A DNA stretch of 64,000 bases, from contig RDEW01000007.1 of the NCBI GenBank assembly GCA_011109175.1, positions 1,192,295 through 1,256,294 of the forward strand, read 5' to 3'. Source of the stretch: Dicyema japonicum. Lineage: Eukaryota > Animalia > Dicyemida. Below, one piece after another: positions 37,169 to 51,218 of this stretch (position 1 is its first letter; every line of letters begins with the position of its first letter). The position numbers were made by a program, and so were the translations under genes. The notes below the pieces were generated by a model that worked only from the letters and a program-made list of their open reading frames with translations, made no database searches and was not told the origin of the DNA.

Positions 37169-38134
37169 TTTTTTTTTTTTTTTAAATTATATTTTATTAC
37201 AAAATTTTAAATTATATTTTATTACAAAATTTTAAATGGAAAAAGAATAGTTAATTTTAATTCAGCTGTTGGGAGATGCACAAGCTATTCCCACGGACAA
37301 CAGCCAACGAGAGCCTCTCCTTGAGCCATCTCGTCTCACGAAGATCACCAGTTTTGTCAGTTAGTAGTTTTCCCAAATGGTTCAGGAACTTCAGCGTTTT
37401 AGGGCCAAAGTTCCCCGAAGTTTCAATCGCGACAGGTGCGAAAATGTACCTGTCGCTGATATCAGAGTATTTAGCATTTTTTACTTCCTCTGCTTGAGAA
37501 GAAGGTCTGCCCGGTGAATAATTTTTTTTGCTTGGGGCGAAAGAGCAGACACAGGTCACATCCCATACAAGGTTTCGCCCTCGCTCAAAAGGAAAGGAGG
37601 TCATGCCGTCAGGGCGTCTTCCGTTGTCAAATAGACCAGTCGGTTCGATCCGGCAACGGAATCCAGCCGATTCTAATGCCCTCTTAATGATGCCGTTCAT
37701 TGCCGAATGTCGAGAAGATCTGCCAATTCCGCTCCGGCATGAGAGGAGGTGGAGACCCAGTTCGTCCGATAGACAGCCACATTTGCACTTCGATTTGGTG
37801 CAAACAGGCAATCCGAGGTGTAGACATACAGCTGTACGAAGTGAGTCATCATCCAACAATCCACCAACTTCTTGACATGGGTAAACCCCAAGCCAAGATC
37901 CATCAACCGCCTCCCTCGAATTTTGGAAACAATCCAGGCGATGTCCAGAGAGCCGGCTGACTAGGTTGGATGCCAGAGCATTCCATCTATGGATCATCCA
38001 AGACGATTGTTGGTCTGGGTTACGCGGCTCGCTAAGCCCTTCACTTCGCCACACGTCCATGTATTCAACCAAGTCATTGGACAGTTTCCGAGATGGAAGC
38101 TTTGAAAGAATTGAGTCCACTTGGTTTTTGCGTT
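37169..38134 (-). mobile_element. 5'-truncated CRE-clade non-LTR element with intact RLE domain
   Basis: ORF 37257-38120 has CKCG...GLHLLSC, SSRH, RRPDG, WDVT, AEEVKNAKY, FAPVAIETSG and RLSLAVVRGN. Poly(A) tail at ~37169-37183; absent from duplicate copy B. Confidence 0.85.
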
Positions 38135-38389
38135 GTCTTCGTCTATTATTATTACCACAAAATTAAACAATTTTAATAAATTTTGATTAAGATAGATTTA
38201 TTATTATGCTTACGGTCAGTGATTGCGAAACAACTTAATCTTTGAAATATTTATATAGAGTTATCAAACTCAAAGTATTTGTTATTTAAGTTACCTCAGC
38301 CTCACTTACTTGTAGGAGGTCAGCGTACTAATTAGTCGGATTATTATTATTAAGCACACCGCAAAACAACGTAAGTAAAGTTATCTCGC

Positions 38390-39500
38390 TTGTGCCATCC
38401 TCTCCTGGAAGATTCTTGTTAATCGCTTCCAGTTGCCTCTGTTTTTCATAAGTTCCTCACGTGCTCAAGATCATCTGCCGACGTCAACCCTTTCCCAAAT
38501 AAAGTTAGGTCTTGATGTAGAATGGTTGGTAGAGTAGTTCGTGATCTTCCCGGAAAGTCGATCCCTGATGAGGAACATAGTAGTGTTTCATCGCGAGATT
38601 AGCGGGAGTATTCTTGTCCATTCTTAAATGTCACCAAATAAGATGTTCCCAATCTGTTACTTCTTATTTCTCTGTTTGTTCTTATTTCTCTGTCCAATAA
38701 GAGGATATTGTAATGAAAATAGAGATGTTTGTGTGAGATGTTCTTTGGCCAGGAAATTTTTAAAATTTATCTGAGCTGCATTTTATGAAAGGAGTTCAGA
38801 CTTTCTATTTCAGGCATTGTGAGTGCCTAGTAGAAGAGTTGTACAGTAAAACCGGTTTTACGAACATATTATATAATTTGATTTTTAAGGAGGCGGAAAT
38901 TTGTTTAGCCAGTAACCATACGTTGTTTAGTTTTTTGGAGCGAAAGCTGCTATGATTTTCTTTGTAGTATGTTTTCTGTATTTCCTGAGAGAGTGGCAAG
39001 TTTCATCGTATGCCTCCATTTTTCCTCGTGTCGTTGTTAGCATCGCCTTACTATAGTATATTTTGTTTTCACGGTATTAATTTTTAGGAATGCTTTTTCA
39101 AATTTTTGGCCAATTTGTTGATATTACATTCTAATTGGTGGTATGTTGCCGTGAGATCTATGTCATCTGCGAAGATGGCTTCTGTTATTTGTCTGGGGAT
39201 ATTATTCCTGGTATCTCGTAGGGTCGCCTCCATGATATGAGATGAATAAGACCGGGGATAGGGCGTCTCATTGGGGGGATGCCCTTGTTTGTTCCGAATA
39301 CTCTGGATTTCTGATTTCCCAGCTGGATAAGTAATGGTGTGGAGGAGAGTGGATAAAGAATTATTCTGATGCAATCTTCCTCGAGTAGTGGTGTAATATT
39401 TGTATCATCTTGACTCTGCTGATTGAGTCAAATGCCTTAGATAAGTCGATTCTCGGAAGTTGATCTTCCAGAAACAAACCCACTTTGACTAGCTCCGTTG
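38390..39500 (-). mobile_element. Degraded RTE element (second family; duplicate at 48170-49060)
   Basis: IFADD, SLKIKLYNMFVKPVLLYNS, FRGRSRTTLPTIL and NWKRL. Confidence 0.75.
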
Positions 39501-39629
39501 AATTGATTGCATATAAAAAAGTTTAATGTTAGTAGAAGAAACTAAGTAGAATCAGCCTTTGTTATATCCGAGGAGTGTTTATACAAAATTTAGTGCTTTT
39601 TGCAAAGAACAGTTATAATATCTAATTGA

Positions 39630-39830
39630 TGAAGGAGAACCAAAAAATGCCCATCAATTCTTTTCTATTTGTTGGGTGTCAGCCATTTTGCAGACGTCCC
39701 GGTTCCACAGCGAAATGTTCACTGATGATGGCGTCACTCGTCAAACCAAAGCATAGTAGATGCGTGGAACTTTCAGCCGGAATTTACAGCAAGGAGATTC
39801 GAACTAAGGTCCATCAGGCTTTTTTCCCGA
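39630..39830 (-). mobile_element. SINE-A copy (duplicate at 50602-50800)
   Basis: SINE-A core, with B box 'agttcgaatct' on the minus strand. Confidence 0.7.
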
Positions 39831-40248
39831 ATCTCGTTACTCACGTCGATGTAATGCCAAAATCACTAAATATTTTGTAAATTCAAAATTATCAACCAAA
39901 TCACACAAATTACGGTTGATAAAACCATGTTTTTCAAGTATTTTAGACAACTTATAGGAAATATTTATTGTCAATTAGAAGATTTCCAGAAATCAATCAA
40001 TGAGGGAAAACCACAGAGTCATCCATTATCAAATTGTTACTTTACGTTCACTGAATCACAATGAATTGTAGAATTTTTGAAGACATTGGATACACTAAGG
40101 TTTAAAAATAAAGTCGGATAGACAAATAATCATACTTCAAATTCGCCTCCTCAAAAAATTGTCATCCATAAACACGACCTTAGGTGGAACTGATTATTTG
40201 TTATGTCCTTTGATGATTATTAGTAATGATGGTTGCGTTGCCACGTGA

Positions 40249-42440
40249 TGTTATTTTCATCAATAATAAAAGATTCCTTGTTTCAATCGACGACTATATA
40301 AATCTATGATTGTGTGCTTCTGATAATAGCTAAAAATAACAATTATGAAAATACAAATAAATTTCATCAATAATGAATGATTCCTTATATCAATCGACGA
40401 CTACATAAATTATGATTGTGTGCTTCTGATAATAGCTAAAAATAACAATTATGAAAATACAAATAAATATCACATTTAATTAATTTTACAGCAAAAACGT
40501 TAATTTGAAGATAGGAACACCTTACAATTGAGGGATTTGATAAATCAAGTAATCATTAATTTTTGGATGGATCATAACATAGACTCTTTTTTAAAAAATA
40601 GGTTAAATAACTATATTTCGTTCACAATGAAAAAAAATGAAAATAAAAAATATTAATTATTAAATCTTAAATAAAATCTTGGTGTTATTTTCATCAATAA
40701 TGAAAGATTCCTCGTATCAATCGACGACTCATAAATCTATGATTGTTTGCTTCTGATAATTGCTAAAAATAACAATTATGAAAATACAAATAAATAAGGT
40801 CATTTAATTAATTTTTACTGCAAATACGTTAATTTGAAGACAGGAACAGCTTACAATTGAGGGATTTGATAAATCAGTAATCATTAATTTTTGGATGGAT
40901 CATAAAATAGACTCTTTTTTAAAAAATAGGTTAAATAACTATATTTCGTTCACAATGAATAAAAAATGAAAATAAAAAATATTAATTATTAAATCTTAAA
41001 TAAAATCTTGGTGTTATTTTCATCAATAATGAAAGATTCCTTGTATCAATCGACGACTCATAAATTATGATTGTTTGCTTCTGATAATTGCTAAAAATAA
41101 CAATTATGAAAATACAAATAAATAAGGTCATTTAATTAATTTTTACAGCAAATACGTTAATTTGAAGACAGGAACACCTTACAATTGAGGGATTTGATAA
41201 ATCAAGTAATCATTAATTTTTGGATGGATCATAACATAGACTCTTTTTTAAAAAATAGGTTAAATAACTATATTTCGTTCACAATGAATAAAAAATGAAA
41301 ATAAAAAATATTAATTATTAAATCTTAAATAAAATCTTGGTGTTATTTTCATCAATAATGAAAGATTCCTCGTTCAATCGACGACTACATAAATTTATGA
41401 TTGTTTGCTTCTGATAATTGCTAAAAATAACAATTATGAAAATACAAATAAATAAGGTCATTTAATTAATTTTACTGCAAATATGTTAATTTGAAGGACA
41501 GGAACATTTTACAATTGAGGGATTTGATAAATCAAGTAAACATTAATTTTTGGATGGATCATAACATAGACTCTTTTTTAAAAAATAGGTTAAATAACTC
41601 TATTTCGTTCACAATGAATAAAAAATGAAAATAAAAAATATTAATTATTAAATCTTAAATAAAATCTTGGTGTTATTTTCATCAATAATGAAAGATTCCT
41701 TGTATCAATCGACGACTACATAAATTTATGATTGTTTGCTTCTGATAATTGCTAAAAATAACAATTATGAAAATACAAATAAATAAGGTCATTTAATTAA
41801 TTTTTACAGCAAAAACGTTAATTTGAAAGATAGGAACATTACAATTGAGGGATTTGATAAATCAAGTAATCATTAATTTTTGGATGGATCATAACATAGA
41901 CTCTTTTTTAAAAAATAGGTTAAATAACTATATTTCGTTCACAATGGATAAAAAATGAAAATAAAAAATATTAATTATTAAATCTTAAATAAAATCTTGG
42001 TGTTATTTTCATCAATAATGAAAGATTCCTTGTATCAATCGACGACTACATAAATTTATGATTGTTTGCTTCTGATAATTGCTAAAAATAACAATTATGA
42101 AAATACAAATAAATAAGGTCATTTAATTAATTTTTACTGCAAATACGTTAATTTGAAAAACAGGAACACCTTACAATTGAGGGATTTGATAAATCAAGTA
42201 CATTAATTTTTTGGATGGATCATAACATAGAGTCTTTTAAAAATATAGGTTAAATAACTATATTTCGTTCACAATGAATAAAAAATGAAAATAAAAAATA
42301 TTAATTATTAAATCTTAAATAAAATCTTGGTGTTATTTTCCATCAATAATGAAAGATTCCTTGTATCAATCGACGACTCATAAATCTATGATTGTTTGCT
42401 TCTGATAATAGCTAAAAATAACAATTATGAAAATAGAAAT
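40249..42440. repeat. Tandem satellite, ~329-bp unit, ~6.5 copies
   Basis: 'gttattttcatcaataatgaaagattcc' recurs at ~40684, 41013, 41342, 41672, 42002 and 42333. Very AT-rich. Confidence 0.95.
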
Positions 42441-42603
42441 ATTTAGGATTCTTCGATAGATATATATATTCAAGTGATTTTGATTCATTCAAATGATAAT
42501 TGACTGGTGTATTTTATTTTTATCTGGATACGCAAGTAAATATTTGAAGTAACTTTAGGTTTCAGACATACGTATCTCGTTGAGTCAAGGAGTGAGAATA
42601 AAA

Positions 42604-43062
42604 TAAATGGTTCATTATGGTTATTTTAAGAAACGACAATGCCAGCATATTCAAATGGTTCATTAATGGTTATTTTAAGAAACGACAATGCCAGCAAATT
42701 CAAATGGTTCATTAATGGTTATTTTAAGAACGACAATGCCAGCAAATTCAAATGGTTCATTAATGGTTATTTTAAGAAACGACAATGCCAGAAATTCAAA
42801 TGGTTCATTAATGGTTATTTTAAGAAACGACATGCCAGCAAATTCAAATGGTTCATTAATGGTTATTTTAAGAAACGACACCAGCAAATTCAAATGGTTC
42901 ATTAATGGTTATTTTAAGAAACGATAATGCCAGCATATTCAATGGTTCATTAATGGTTATTTTAAGAAACGACAATACCATCAAATTCAAATGGTTCATT
43001 AATGGTTATTTTAAGAACGAATGCCAGCTAATTCAATGGTTCATTAATGGTTATTTTAAGAT
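42604..43062. repeat. Minisatellite, ~48-49-bp unit, ~10 copies
   Basis: Unit AAATGGTTCATTAATGGTTATTTTAAGAAACGACAATGCCAGCAAATTC repeated head-to-tail, with no spacers. Confidence 0.95.
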
Positions 43063-43239
43063 TCGACAACTGAATCAGACAGTATTTCTTGACTGTCCAA
43101 GATATTAATTAGTTTAATTCTGGCGTTTTGTTAAAGGGCAAAAATTTGGTTTCTTTATTGCAACATAATTTAATATTTAAATATTTTTGGATATGTTTGC
43201 CTTTTTGTATTAATTTCCAATTATGTTGTTAAACACATT

Positions 43240-44400
43240 AAGCAAGTTTTTTTCATCTGTTGCTTTGGACCGTATAGTGCATCCCTCACGAAAATATTTG
43301 TAAGCAAGCCATGCTGAATTCCTTGAACGAAGGACGACAACGGATATTGTGTAGAGCCATAGATGCCAGTCTGCAACAGCTCAAAGATAGGAAAATGCCA
43401 CAACAATCCTTAAGATCGACGTCAAGCGCTTTCGAGACTATTAGCTGACACAAACTATGGATGTCACAAACTATTGATGACTATTAGCTGACACAAACTA
43501 CTGACACAAAAGATTATTCGAGTACTGCTTTCTAGTACTGATCTGTGAGGCAGGATTAGAAGAGCTATATTCAGGCCTTTCAAAACAACAATCGCCACTC
43601 CTCAGGGAAATTCTCTCTTTTCTTATTTGTGATATATCTCTAATCCACATTAGGGATCTAAGTACGTGTCACGAAGGAAAAATAGAGGAGGACGTGTACA
43701 CGGATGATGTGGATTTTATATCCGAAGCTCTCTCACATCTACTGAAAAATGTTCGAACAAATTGATTGAATGGTTCCTAATCGTAACCCAGGACAAACCG
43801 AAATAACCGAAATTAAAAGAATGGATAACATCCTTTATGAACGTTGGCCACATGTAATAAGCTTAGATTCCTAGTGGGAGACACAGAGAAAATAAATAAA
43901 AACACTTTCAGGAATAGCAATGCAAAAACATAAAATGGTATAGCTGAAAAGACTTGCTATTAATATACTGATGCGTATGTTTAATGCATTTGTGAAATTA
44001 ATCGATACGTTACATGTTCAATTGCGGAATCGATGGCTTTATATATGTTTTCCACAAGACAGCTTAGAGTGTTATTTGGCATGCAGTGGCCCGCCAGGAT
44101 ATCATATGCTGGAATTTATAAAAAAATGCAAGAGCAGGTCTTTAAGCCTGGAAATCATTGACCCTCGGTGGAGATTGTTTGGACACATTCTGCGTATGGA
44201 TCTCGCTGCCCCATCGAATGTGGCGATGGAAGACCACTTCAACTTGGCGGGTAACTATTTCCTTGACCTACCAATGAAACCACACTCTATCATACTGCAC
44301 AAAGACTTCCAAAGGGTGAGGAAATGCCTAAAGACGGAGTCGGTCTGTAATAGCTGAGGTCGATTGCTAGTAACCGTGGAGGATGGAAGATACTAGCTAA
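43240..44400 (+). mobile_element. Highly degraded RTE element
   Basis: PQGNSL, YTDDVDF and RWRLFGHILRMD. Confidence 0.65.
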
Positions 44401-44579
44401 TAAGACTTTTTCACATTATCTGAAATTTGGACGTTTTTTGACATTGTAACTTTTGATTTATAGAATATGTTTGATTAAAAATCACATATTAGTAAGTTTT
44501 AAACAATTTTAAAGAGTGTGAATTAAAAATTCTAGTCATCTTACTTTCTCCCAGAACTCTTGATAGTATTGGATTGTGA

Positions 44580-45693
44580 TCCATATGTAAATCATTATTG
44601 ACGTCGACGTGATTGTGTGAGTAATAGATGTCAAGAGAGAGAAGGTAAGGTTGAGTACACGCCACTTCTGGATGGAGCTCAAAATTGTTTGTCCGGAAGA
44701 TTATCGATCCGAATTGAATCTATTCCCTTTCCCACAAATGAGCCCTGGATAATTTCCCATGCAGGTAACCATAAATGATATCATTGAACGTGTTCTTGAA
44801 GCTGGTGAGTTCTCTTCGTCATCGACCGTGTTTGATTTTATCGTGGAAATTGGAGAAGAGTAACAGGATGGAAATCTTTCCATTTGGCTCTGTTAATTCA
44901 GCAATATTATCCACACTTTCCAGGTTGTTTTCACCGTCTGTCTCCGTTGCAGCATTTTCAATAATGGGTTTTAGCCCGGAATCCTTCATTATCTCTGAAC
45001 GGACTAACACCTATAAAAATATAAGAGCACAAATTTACCTGTGGATGAGTGAGGCTGAGACGCACTGCAAACTTGCAAACATTGCAGTCTTTTACAACTT
45101 GACGAATAACAGTTCTTTTGATACCGCAAAATCTCCTACGACAAAGCGCATCCAGAGCGTTGTGTCCACAGTGATTTGTCTGGTGAATCTCCTGAGCAAT
45201 AGTCCTCATTTCTTTTTTACTAGTTAAGGGAATCACAAGTTTGTGAAGTCCGTTAACAGCTTTCAAATATAGCTTTTCATCAATAACAATAAAATTTTTA
45301 GCTTTCTTTTTTATTCAGTACCTCATTTGTTTCGCAATCTTCACATCTTCATCATTAAGGATGGATTTTAGAAGTTGGTACTCTTCATTATTTTGACAAC
45401 AGTCTTTGTACTAGGCATCATGTCAAAATGAAGAAATTTTCTAGCGTGGATTATTATTTTATATTCAATAAATAGTTAGCCAGATTAAAATTGGAGTAAA
45501 TTTTTAATAAAATAATTTAATAATAATTATTAATATTATCGTAGAATTAATCTTTATATCGGAATATAATAATTTATAAAAATAGAAAAAATTCTAATAT
45601 AGATTAAATTTTGATTTAAATGACAGTTATGACAGTATATGACAGCTGTCAAAAGTAACTTCTATAGCTCGGTAATCACTATGGCTCGCGACA
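44580..45693 (-). mobile_element. Ginger-like element with an integrase H2C2 zinc-binding domain
   Basis: EIHQTNHCGHNALDALCRRRFCGIKRTVIRQVVKDCNVC (HHCC). Minus-strand terminus TGTCGCGAGC at 45693, with TGACAG repeats inside. No RT or RNase H nearby. Confidence 0.5.
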
Positions 45694-46344
45694 TATTATT
45701 ACCTCCTAAGATATTCAAAATACATGGACCATCACATAAGTCGCAAAAGAAGGGTCAATTTTAAAATGAAAATACTTTTCAAATCGACTGAAGTATATTC
45801 CGCCATCATAAATATGAAGAATACTTTTTTCGAAAATCGATAATATCTCTATTGAGTTATTTGAGATAGAGCTATACCTTTATCCAGTCAACGAAAACAA
45901 GAACACTTAGAATCAAACTTGAATTACTCGATTTAGAAACAAAACAAACAATCCATCAACCCCTAGAAAATTTTTTGCCCTTAGATTTAACTAAAGATTT
46001 TTCAGCCACCCTCCGATAAAACAAAGGCGATACATGACCACATCTCCACTAAAGCAATCCAAAGACTGTTTTGGAACGATCTACTAGATGTTCCTTTTTT
46101 CTGGTGTATGATTTAGGGACTACTCTAGACAGAATAACAAGGAAAACGCTAGCATAATTACGTTCTGGACACGTCCGCCTAAAAGACGAATCGGGCTCTT
46201 GGCCCCCTCCAACGGACAACGCAATTGAAAAGACTTATATCTCTACATCCGTTTGAACTGGCTACACTTGAACGATATGCCCACCCCTAGCAGCGACGAT
46301 ATAGTTGTTCTTACATATGCTACGATATAATCATTGCATCAAGA

Positions 46345-49300
46345 GATCAGTATGTTCACACAGCTGTTGCCTTACAAGATATATTAGATCACTTTACTAG
46401 TTGGTTTATGAAGAACCTATTATACACAAGTACTGAAAATCATGGACAATGATATTTACTTCAAATAGAATACTAATTAACTCTCCACTGCTCTTACCCC
46501 TTAATGGAAATATAATTCACTCCAAAGAATATCTCAAGTTATTGGGTATCACCTCCGGCTCCTCCACTTAAGTTGAGGAAAGAGAAACCTTTTCGGATCC
46601 GGTCAGGCAATACACGGGACTCGAGTAATCTGAATCTAAAAATGTTTCTTAGGTATCGACAAAAAATTAGCAAAATAATCGACCAGATATTACGGGATAC
46701 GGATTTGAACTGCAGCTTATCTCGAAAGACACCACAACCATATAACCAACTGGAACTATATTTCTAATTACTTTACATATAACACATTTGTTTAAATTTT
46801 GTTAAGAAATAAGGCATGCTCTAAGGAACATATCATTTAATAAGTTCATATTGATTGCAAGCCCTCAGTTTTAGTTTTTTGAAATTTCTGTAGATTAGAC
46901 TGGGAAACATAGCTAACTCCGAAATTATATGCGGGGTTAATAAATTTAATTAAAAAGCAAACCTCAAGCTATTCATTAACCGTAACCTAATTAGATTAAT
47001 GGACATTTGATTCTATCGACACGGCATTGTATTATCTATATCGTTAATCCTCAGAGCGCACAAAAACTGATTATTCCTCGATCAGCGTATAAACACTATA
47101 ATATCACGCTCGACTCTGAAACTTGTTCCTTTATAAAGAAAAACACTAAGAGACTATCATTTGGTCATGCACGCGATAACATTTGTAGATTGAACTACAA
47201 TTACTCTTGTGAAAACCCCTGCAAATTGTGGTGAGATTCTGATAGTAGGAGGATGATTCGGTAATCATTATGTAACTCTTCTAGTCCATAATTGGCTTCG
47301 TCTATTATTATTACCTCAGGGTCACTGTTCAAAGAGAAAGAAATAAAAGTTCTCAACTAAGAGATCCCAGACCAACAAGGAAAAGCACGAGTCTAGCAAA
47401 GTCGAGAATGCTGTGAATCTTTTCTTATCGGAAATGGCATCGGCTCAAACTTTCTGTATGATTGTAGATATTTTGAGAGTGAATCCTCGGTGTTTTTTTA
47501 ATAGAAAAAGTCTCGTTCTTCATAAGGATTTTAGATTCGACACAGAGCTTTTTTTACGTAGTAAACAGCGTGACAGAGGACTTTGTTGGTGATGTGACAA
47601 GCCTCCGCTTTGAGAGTTACAGTTCCAGCTTATCAAGAATTTGTTAGGCGGACTGAGTAGCTGATTGAATGCTTTTGTCTTTTGAGAGGACTGGACAGTT
47701 CTAATTGTAGGTTTGTGGCGTGTCCTTTATGTAGAGGTCGAAGAGCTATGGTGAAAATGGAGAGCCTTGTATTTTGTCTATTAAAAGCATCCAATAGTGG
47801 GACTGTAAGTATTCAGGCGTTTCAAAGTGGTCATCCATATCTAGCGTTAAAACGTTTCCGATTAAAAATTTAACGTAAAACCATTACACTCATCTATAAT
47901 TTGGGAACGTTTGTTAATCTTAGAGACGCTTATTGAAAATAATTAGTAAAAAACACAAAATTAAACAATTTTAATAAATTTTGATTAAGATAGATTTATT
48001 ATTATGCTTACGGTCAGTGATTGCGAAACAACTTAATCATTGAAATTTTTATAGAGTTATCAAACTCAAAGTATTTGTTATTTAGTTAACCGCAGCCTCA
48101 CTAACTTGTAGGAGCCCAGTTTACTAATTAGTCGATTATTATTAAGCACACCGCAAAACAACGTTAGTAAAGTTATCTCGCTTGTGCCATCCTCTCATGG
48201 AAGCGTCTTGTTAATCGTTTCCAGTTACCTCTGTTCCTCAATAAGTTCCTCAGGTGCTCAAGATCATCTGCCGACGTCAACCCTTTCCCAAATAAAGTTA
48301 GGTCTTGATGTAGAATGGTTGGTAGAGTAGTTCGTGATCTTCCCCGGAAAGTCGATCCCTGATGAGGAGCATAGTAGTGTTTCATTGCGAGATTAGCGGG
48401 AGTATTCATGTCCATTCTTTAGATGTGACCATATAAGCCGTCTGTTACTTCTTATTTTTCTGTTTGTTCTTATTTCTCTGTCCAATAAGAGGATATTGTA
48501 ATGGGAATAGAGATGTTTGTTTGAGATGTGCTTTAGCCTGGAAATTCTTAGAATTTATCTGAGCTACATTTTATGAATGGAGTTCAGACTTTCTATTTTA
48601 GGCATTGTGAGTTCCCATGTAGAAGAGTTTTACAGTAAAACCGGTTTTACAAACATATTGTATAATTTGATTTTTAAAGAAGCCGAAATTTGTTTAGCTG
48701 GTAACCATACGTTGTTTAGTTTTTTAAGAGCGAAAGCTAATATGATTTTCTTTGTAGTATGTTTTCTGTATCTCCTAAGAGAGTGGCAAGTTTCTTCGTA
48801 TGCCTCCATTTTTCCTCGTGTCGTTATTCGCATCGCCTTACTATAGTATATTTTGTTTTCACGGTGTTAATTTTTAGGAATGCTTTTTCAATTTTTTGGC
48901 CAATTTGTTGATAATACCTTTTAATTGGTGGTATTTTGCCGTTAAATCTATGTCATCTTCTGTTATTTGTCTGGGGATATTATTCCTGGTATCTCGTAGG
49001 GTCGCTTCCAGATATGCGATGAATAAGACCGGAGATAGGGCGTCTCCTTGGGGGGTGCCTGAATAAATATATGAAACATTGTATTCGAATCAGTCACATT
49101 CCTTATAAAAAGATTAACACACAAACGAAAATAAAGAGAAAGCCATCCAAATTTGCCCCGCTGATTTATTATCTCCCTAAAGATGTATCCAAAGCAATAT
49201 CAAATCAGAAAAAAACAAACTCATGTGGCCCAGACGGAATTCCTCTTATTCTGCTGAAACACTTGGGCCCAGAATCAATAAATGCATTAAAAATCATCTA

Positions 49301-51218
49301 CAACACATCGCTGAACATAAATACCATACCGATTTTATGGAAACTATCAAAAATTCGACCAATATTGAAGCCGGGAAGACCGAAGAACGATCCTGGCTCT
49401 TACAGACAGTTTCCCTTATATATGTTTTGTCGAGGATCCTGGAGAAACTGGTCCTAAAAGTTATTCGCCCTTCACTCCCACAACCTACATTCCAACATGG
49501 CTTCAAGGAAGGATTATCAACAACCTCCTTCCTAACAATATTAATGATGTTCATAGCTGAAGGACACAAGAACAAGCCAAAACAGGAAAAATCGGTCATA
49601 TGTACGATCGACATTCAAAAAGCTTTCGACTCTGTCTTAAGGAAGATCCTCATACGAAAAATATTTTTGACAAAAATTGATGCACCATTAAAGTTATGGT
49701 TAGCAAATTTCGTAAGTGGACGCCGAGGGAAAGTATCCGTCGGAAACAAGAGTTCCAGATCGGGATTATTACCCAATGGTGTACCCCAAGGATCTCCTCT
49801 GTCACCAATCCTTTTAAATTTGTTTTTGAGTGATCTCCCCGTATTTATGAATAATAATGACATGCTACTTTCTTATGCCGATGACATAGTTGTCGCATCT
49901 AGAGACGTAAATGTCGAACATGCTAAAGAAAGACTACAAGGAATACTAAATAAAATATTTGGATGGTTGTGCGAAAATCGATTAAATGCATGTTCCGAAA
50001 AGTCAGCAGTCACTCTATTTACTAAGAATAAAAAGATAGGAACGCAAACAATTGATGTCACGTTAAATGGAGTACCTTTACTACAAAAGAAATCGCAGAA
50101 GATACTGGGAGTAACTTTTGATACTTTCCTCTGCTTCTCAGCCCATGTGGAATCTATTTTATCAACCTGTGCAAAGAAGATCAATTTTGTAAAGGCCTTC
50201 CTTTAAAACTGTGGAGGAATTTATCCGCCAGGTATCGGGACCCTCTACAAGCAGTATGTCGAGCCAACAACAGGCTATGCATGTGCTGCATGGGGATCTA
50301 ACCTGTCGGCAACGAACCTAACAAAAATTCAAGAGATCCGTCAAGAGCAAAAAAATTACTAGAAAAATATACAGATAAAGATATTGTCCCCAGAGCACTT
50401 GAGTCTATCATAGAGGCAACTGGAGGCAATTTCAGAAGAGGAAAGGAAAAAGACCCCCGTCCGTATAGAAAATGCGTGGGATCACGGTCGGAGCATCGAG
50501 AAAAAATGGCCCGATTATTGAGAGATGCCGGGATCACCTGAATATTAGTTATTGGTTAAGACGGTGTTTCTTTGGCTTAAATAATAATAATAATAATAAT
50601 AAGAACCAAGAAATGCCCTTCAATTCTTTTTTCTTTTTGTTGGGTGTGAACCCTTTTGCAGACGACCCGGTTCCGCAGCGAGATGTTCACTGATGATGGC
50701 GTCACTCGTCAAACCAAAGCATACTAGATGCATGGAACTTTCAGCCGGAATTTACAGCAAGGAGATTCGAACTAAGGGCCATCAGGCCTTTTTCACGGAT
50801 CTCGTTACTCACGTCGATGTAATGCCAAAATCACTAAATATTTTGTAAATTCAAAATTATCAACCAAATCACACAAATTACGATTGATAAAGCCTTGTTT
50901 TTCAAATATTTTTGACAATCCGTGACTTATAAAAAATATTTATTGTTAATTAGAAATATTCAGAGATCAATCGATGAGGGAAAACCACAGTCATCCATGA
51001 TCACATTGTTACTTTACGTTGACTGAATCACAATGAATTGTAGAAACTTGGGAGACATTGGATAAACTAAGGTTTAAAAATAAAGTCGGATAGACTAATC
51101 AGACTTCAAATTCGCCTGCTCAAAAGGTTGTCATCCATAAACACGACCTTAGGTGGAACTGATTATTTGTTAGGTCCTTTGATGATAATTAGTAAATGAT
51201 AGTTGCGTTGGCCACGTG
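46345..51218 (+). repeat. Segmental duplication copy B
   Basis: See copy A. Carries private insertions at ~47316-47952 and 49061-50601. Confidence 0.9.
49061..50601 (+). mobile_element. 5'-truncated Ingi-like element, RT domain nearly intact
   Basis: SCGPDGIP, QHGFK, IDIQKAFDSV, GVPQGSPLSPIL, SYADD and ILGVTFD. (TAA)n tail at 50578-50601. Confidence 0.85.

Larger units (their letters stand above)
36151..40247 (+). repeat. Segmental duplication copy A (partner 46345-51218)
   Basis: Colinear high identity: 36151-37170 ~ 46345-47292, 38135-39283 ~ 47295-49060, and 39636-40247 ~ 50602-51218. Confidence 0.9.

Noticed and set aside
42604-43062. Possible CRISPR array or repeat-protein ORFs
   Set aside because: Units are contiguous with no unique spacers, there are no cas genes, and the context is eukaryotic. 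The ORFs are by-products of the repeat.
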